A DNA stretch of 64,000 nucleotides from Macrostomum lignano. Taxonomy: Eukaryota. Location: assembly GCA_002269645.1 (NCBI GenBank), contig NIVC01002059.1:1-64000 (forward strand). The letters run 5' to 3'. Shown piece by piece: positions 62,786 to 64,000 of this stretch. Both the position numbers and the translations under genes were made by a program. Position 1 is the first letter of the stretch; the number at the start of each line of letters is the position of its first letter. Under the pieces are notes generated by a model, which was not told the origin of the DNA, made no database searches, and was given only the letters and a program-made list of their open reading frames with translations.

Positions 62786-64000
62786 ATTTTGGTTATTGTA
62801 CAATAACACCCCTAGCTCAGGATAAAAGGAGTCAATCTAATTAAAAGACATTTACGACTCTACCTTAAAACCTGGTCCGTTCTTAAACACAAAAATAACT
62901 TACAATAGTTAGCACTTAAAAGTAAAAATCAACTATTTAGTTATAAGAGTCGCTCCTCAACAAAGCTGTATAATGGCGCGCATATAGATTATGGATAGGA
63001 TATATTGCACCGCTTGAAGGCAAACTTACTATTGCTGTCGCTGTTGCTACTCTTTAAATACGTGAGCAATATCAATAATAATATTAATAAAAATGAGAAG
63101 CGCTTATAAAAACAGTTAATAAAAAACTGGCACACGCACACAAGGAATAGGCGAAATAAATTGGATTTTGAAATCGATCAGGGATTAGTAAAGCAAAACA
63201 AATTAGAATTACAATTGACAATTTGGCTAATCTTGTCCCTCGGGCCAAGGCACCAAAGCAAAGGTAGACAGAGACAGACCCTTGGACGATAGCGTAGTTA
63301 GCAAAAATTGGTCCTTGTTTGATTTATAAAATGTACAAAATATCTGCATTATCAATACAATAATAATTATCATTATATATCATTCTATTCCGATTAAAAT
63401 ATGAAAAATTACTATAAAATAAAGGGAAATTTGCTAGGCTAGCAAATAGAATAATTCAAAAGATGATATGTACACACAAAAAAATACTGAGCCTTTTCAG
63501 CATTTTTTAGGTTCTTGGCGATTAAAATACTCCTAGACTTCACACTTAAAAAAACCAATGTGACTAACAATTTCTTTGTTGATGTACTTGTAGTAGGGAA
63601 TCTAATTTTAATCAGTTTTATCTAAAAAATGATACAAGTTTCCATGACAGAAAATTTCTACTTAAAGTAGAAAGTTGGAAATTTTTTGCTCGTATGTTTT
63701 GAAAAGTTTTTAAAAGGTGCCCAAATTTCTTAGTTTCCGGCGACAACTGGGAAGTGGAACCTACAGATTAAACCTCAGGTCTGAATTAAAAGTGTTGAAA
63801 GCTGGAAATGAAGCAAAAACGCAGAAAAAGTGCAAGCGCATGAATCAGATCAAGGTACAGCGCTATTATATAAATGACTTTTAATTGTTAAAAAATCAAT
63901 TAGCAGAAGATTTAGAAATGGAATATTATAATAAAATATGCGCAATTACCAGCTAGTAAAAGTTAGGAAAAATGATATGAAAGAATTGCTATACACAGAA

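Overview
Eukaryotic (metazoan) genomic DNA, not prokaryotic. It has spliceosomal GT-AG introns, GC-rich exons in AT-rich introns, and about 27 tandem-repeat arrays covering roughly 18-19 kb (~30%, from my approximate boundaries). The style suggests a free-living flatworm such as Macrostomum; this is inference only. Genes I can support: an intronless class A peptide-type GPCR (-), an intronless DEG/ENaC channel (-), an orphan single-exon coiled-coil ORF (+), a 5-exon SLC18/VMAT-like MFS transporter (-) lacking several canonical acidic residues, a ~16-exon SNX14 (PXA-RGS-PX-PXC, +), a 3-exon membrane-anchored JmjC/cupin protein (-), and a disrupted multi-pass membrane gene (-). The strongest unexplained signal is a P-element-superfamily transposon family seen at several life stages. 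A 2,045-bp internally deleted element has ~85-bp TIRs, a perfect 8-bp TSD and THAP/transposase remnants. A related 449-bp MITE sits in an SNX14 intron. A 44-bp insert made of exactly 17 nt of each TIR plus a templated filler lies between 8-bp TSDs, which is the footprint expected from 17-nt staggered P-type excision; it was later duplicated by a minisatellite. Most ORFs in the supplied track are repeat or antisense artefacts.
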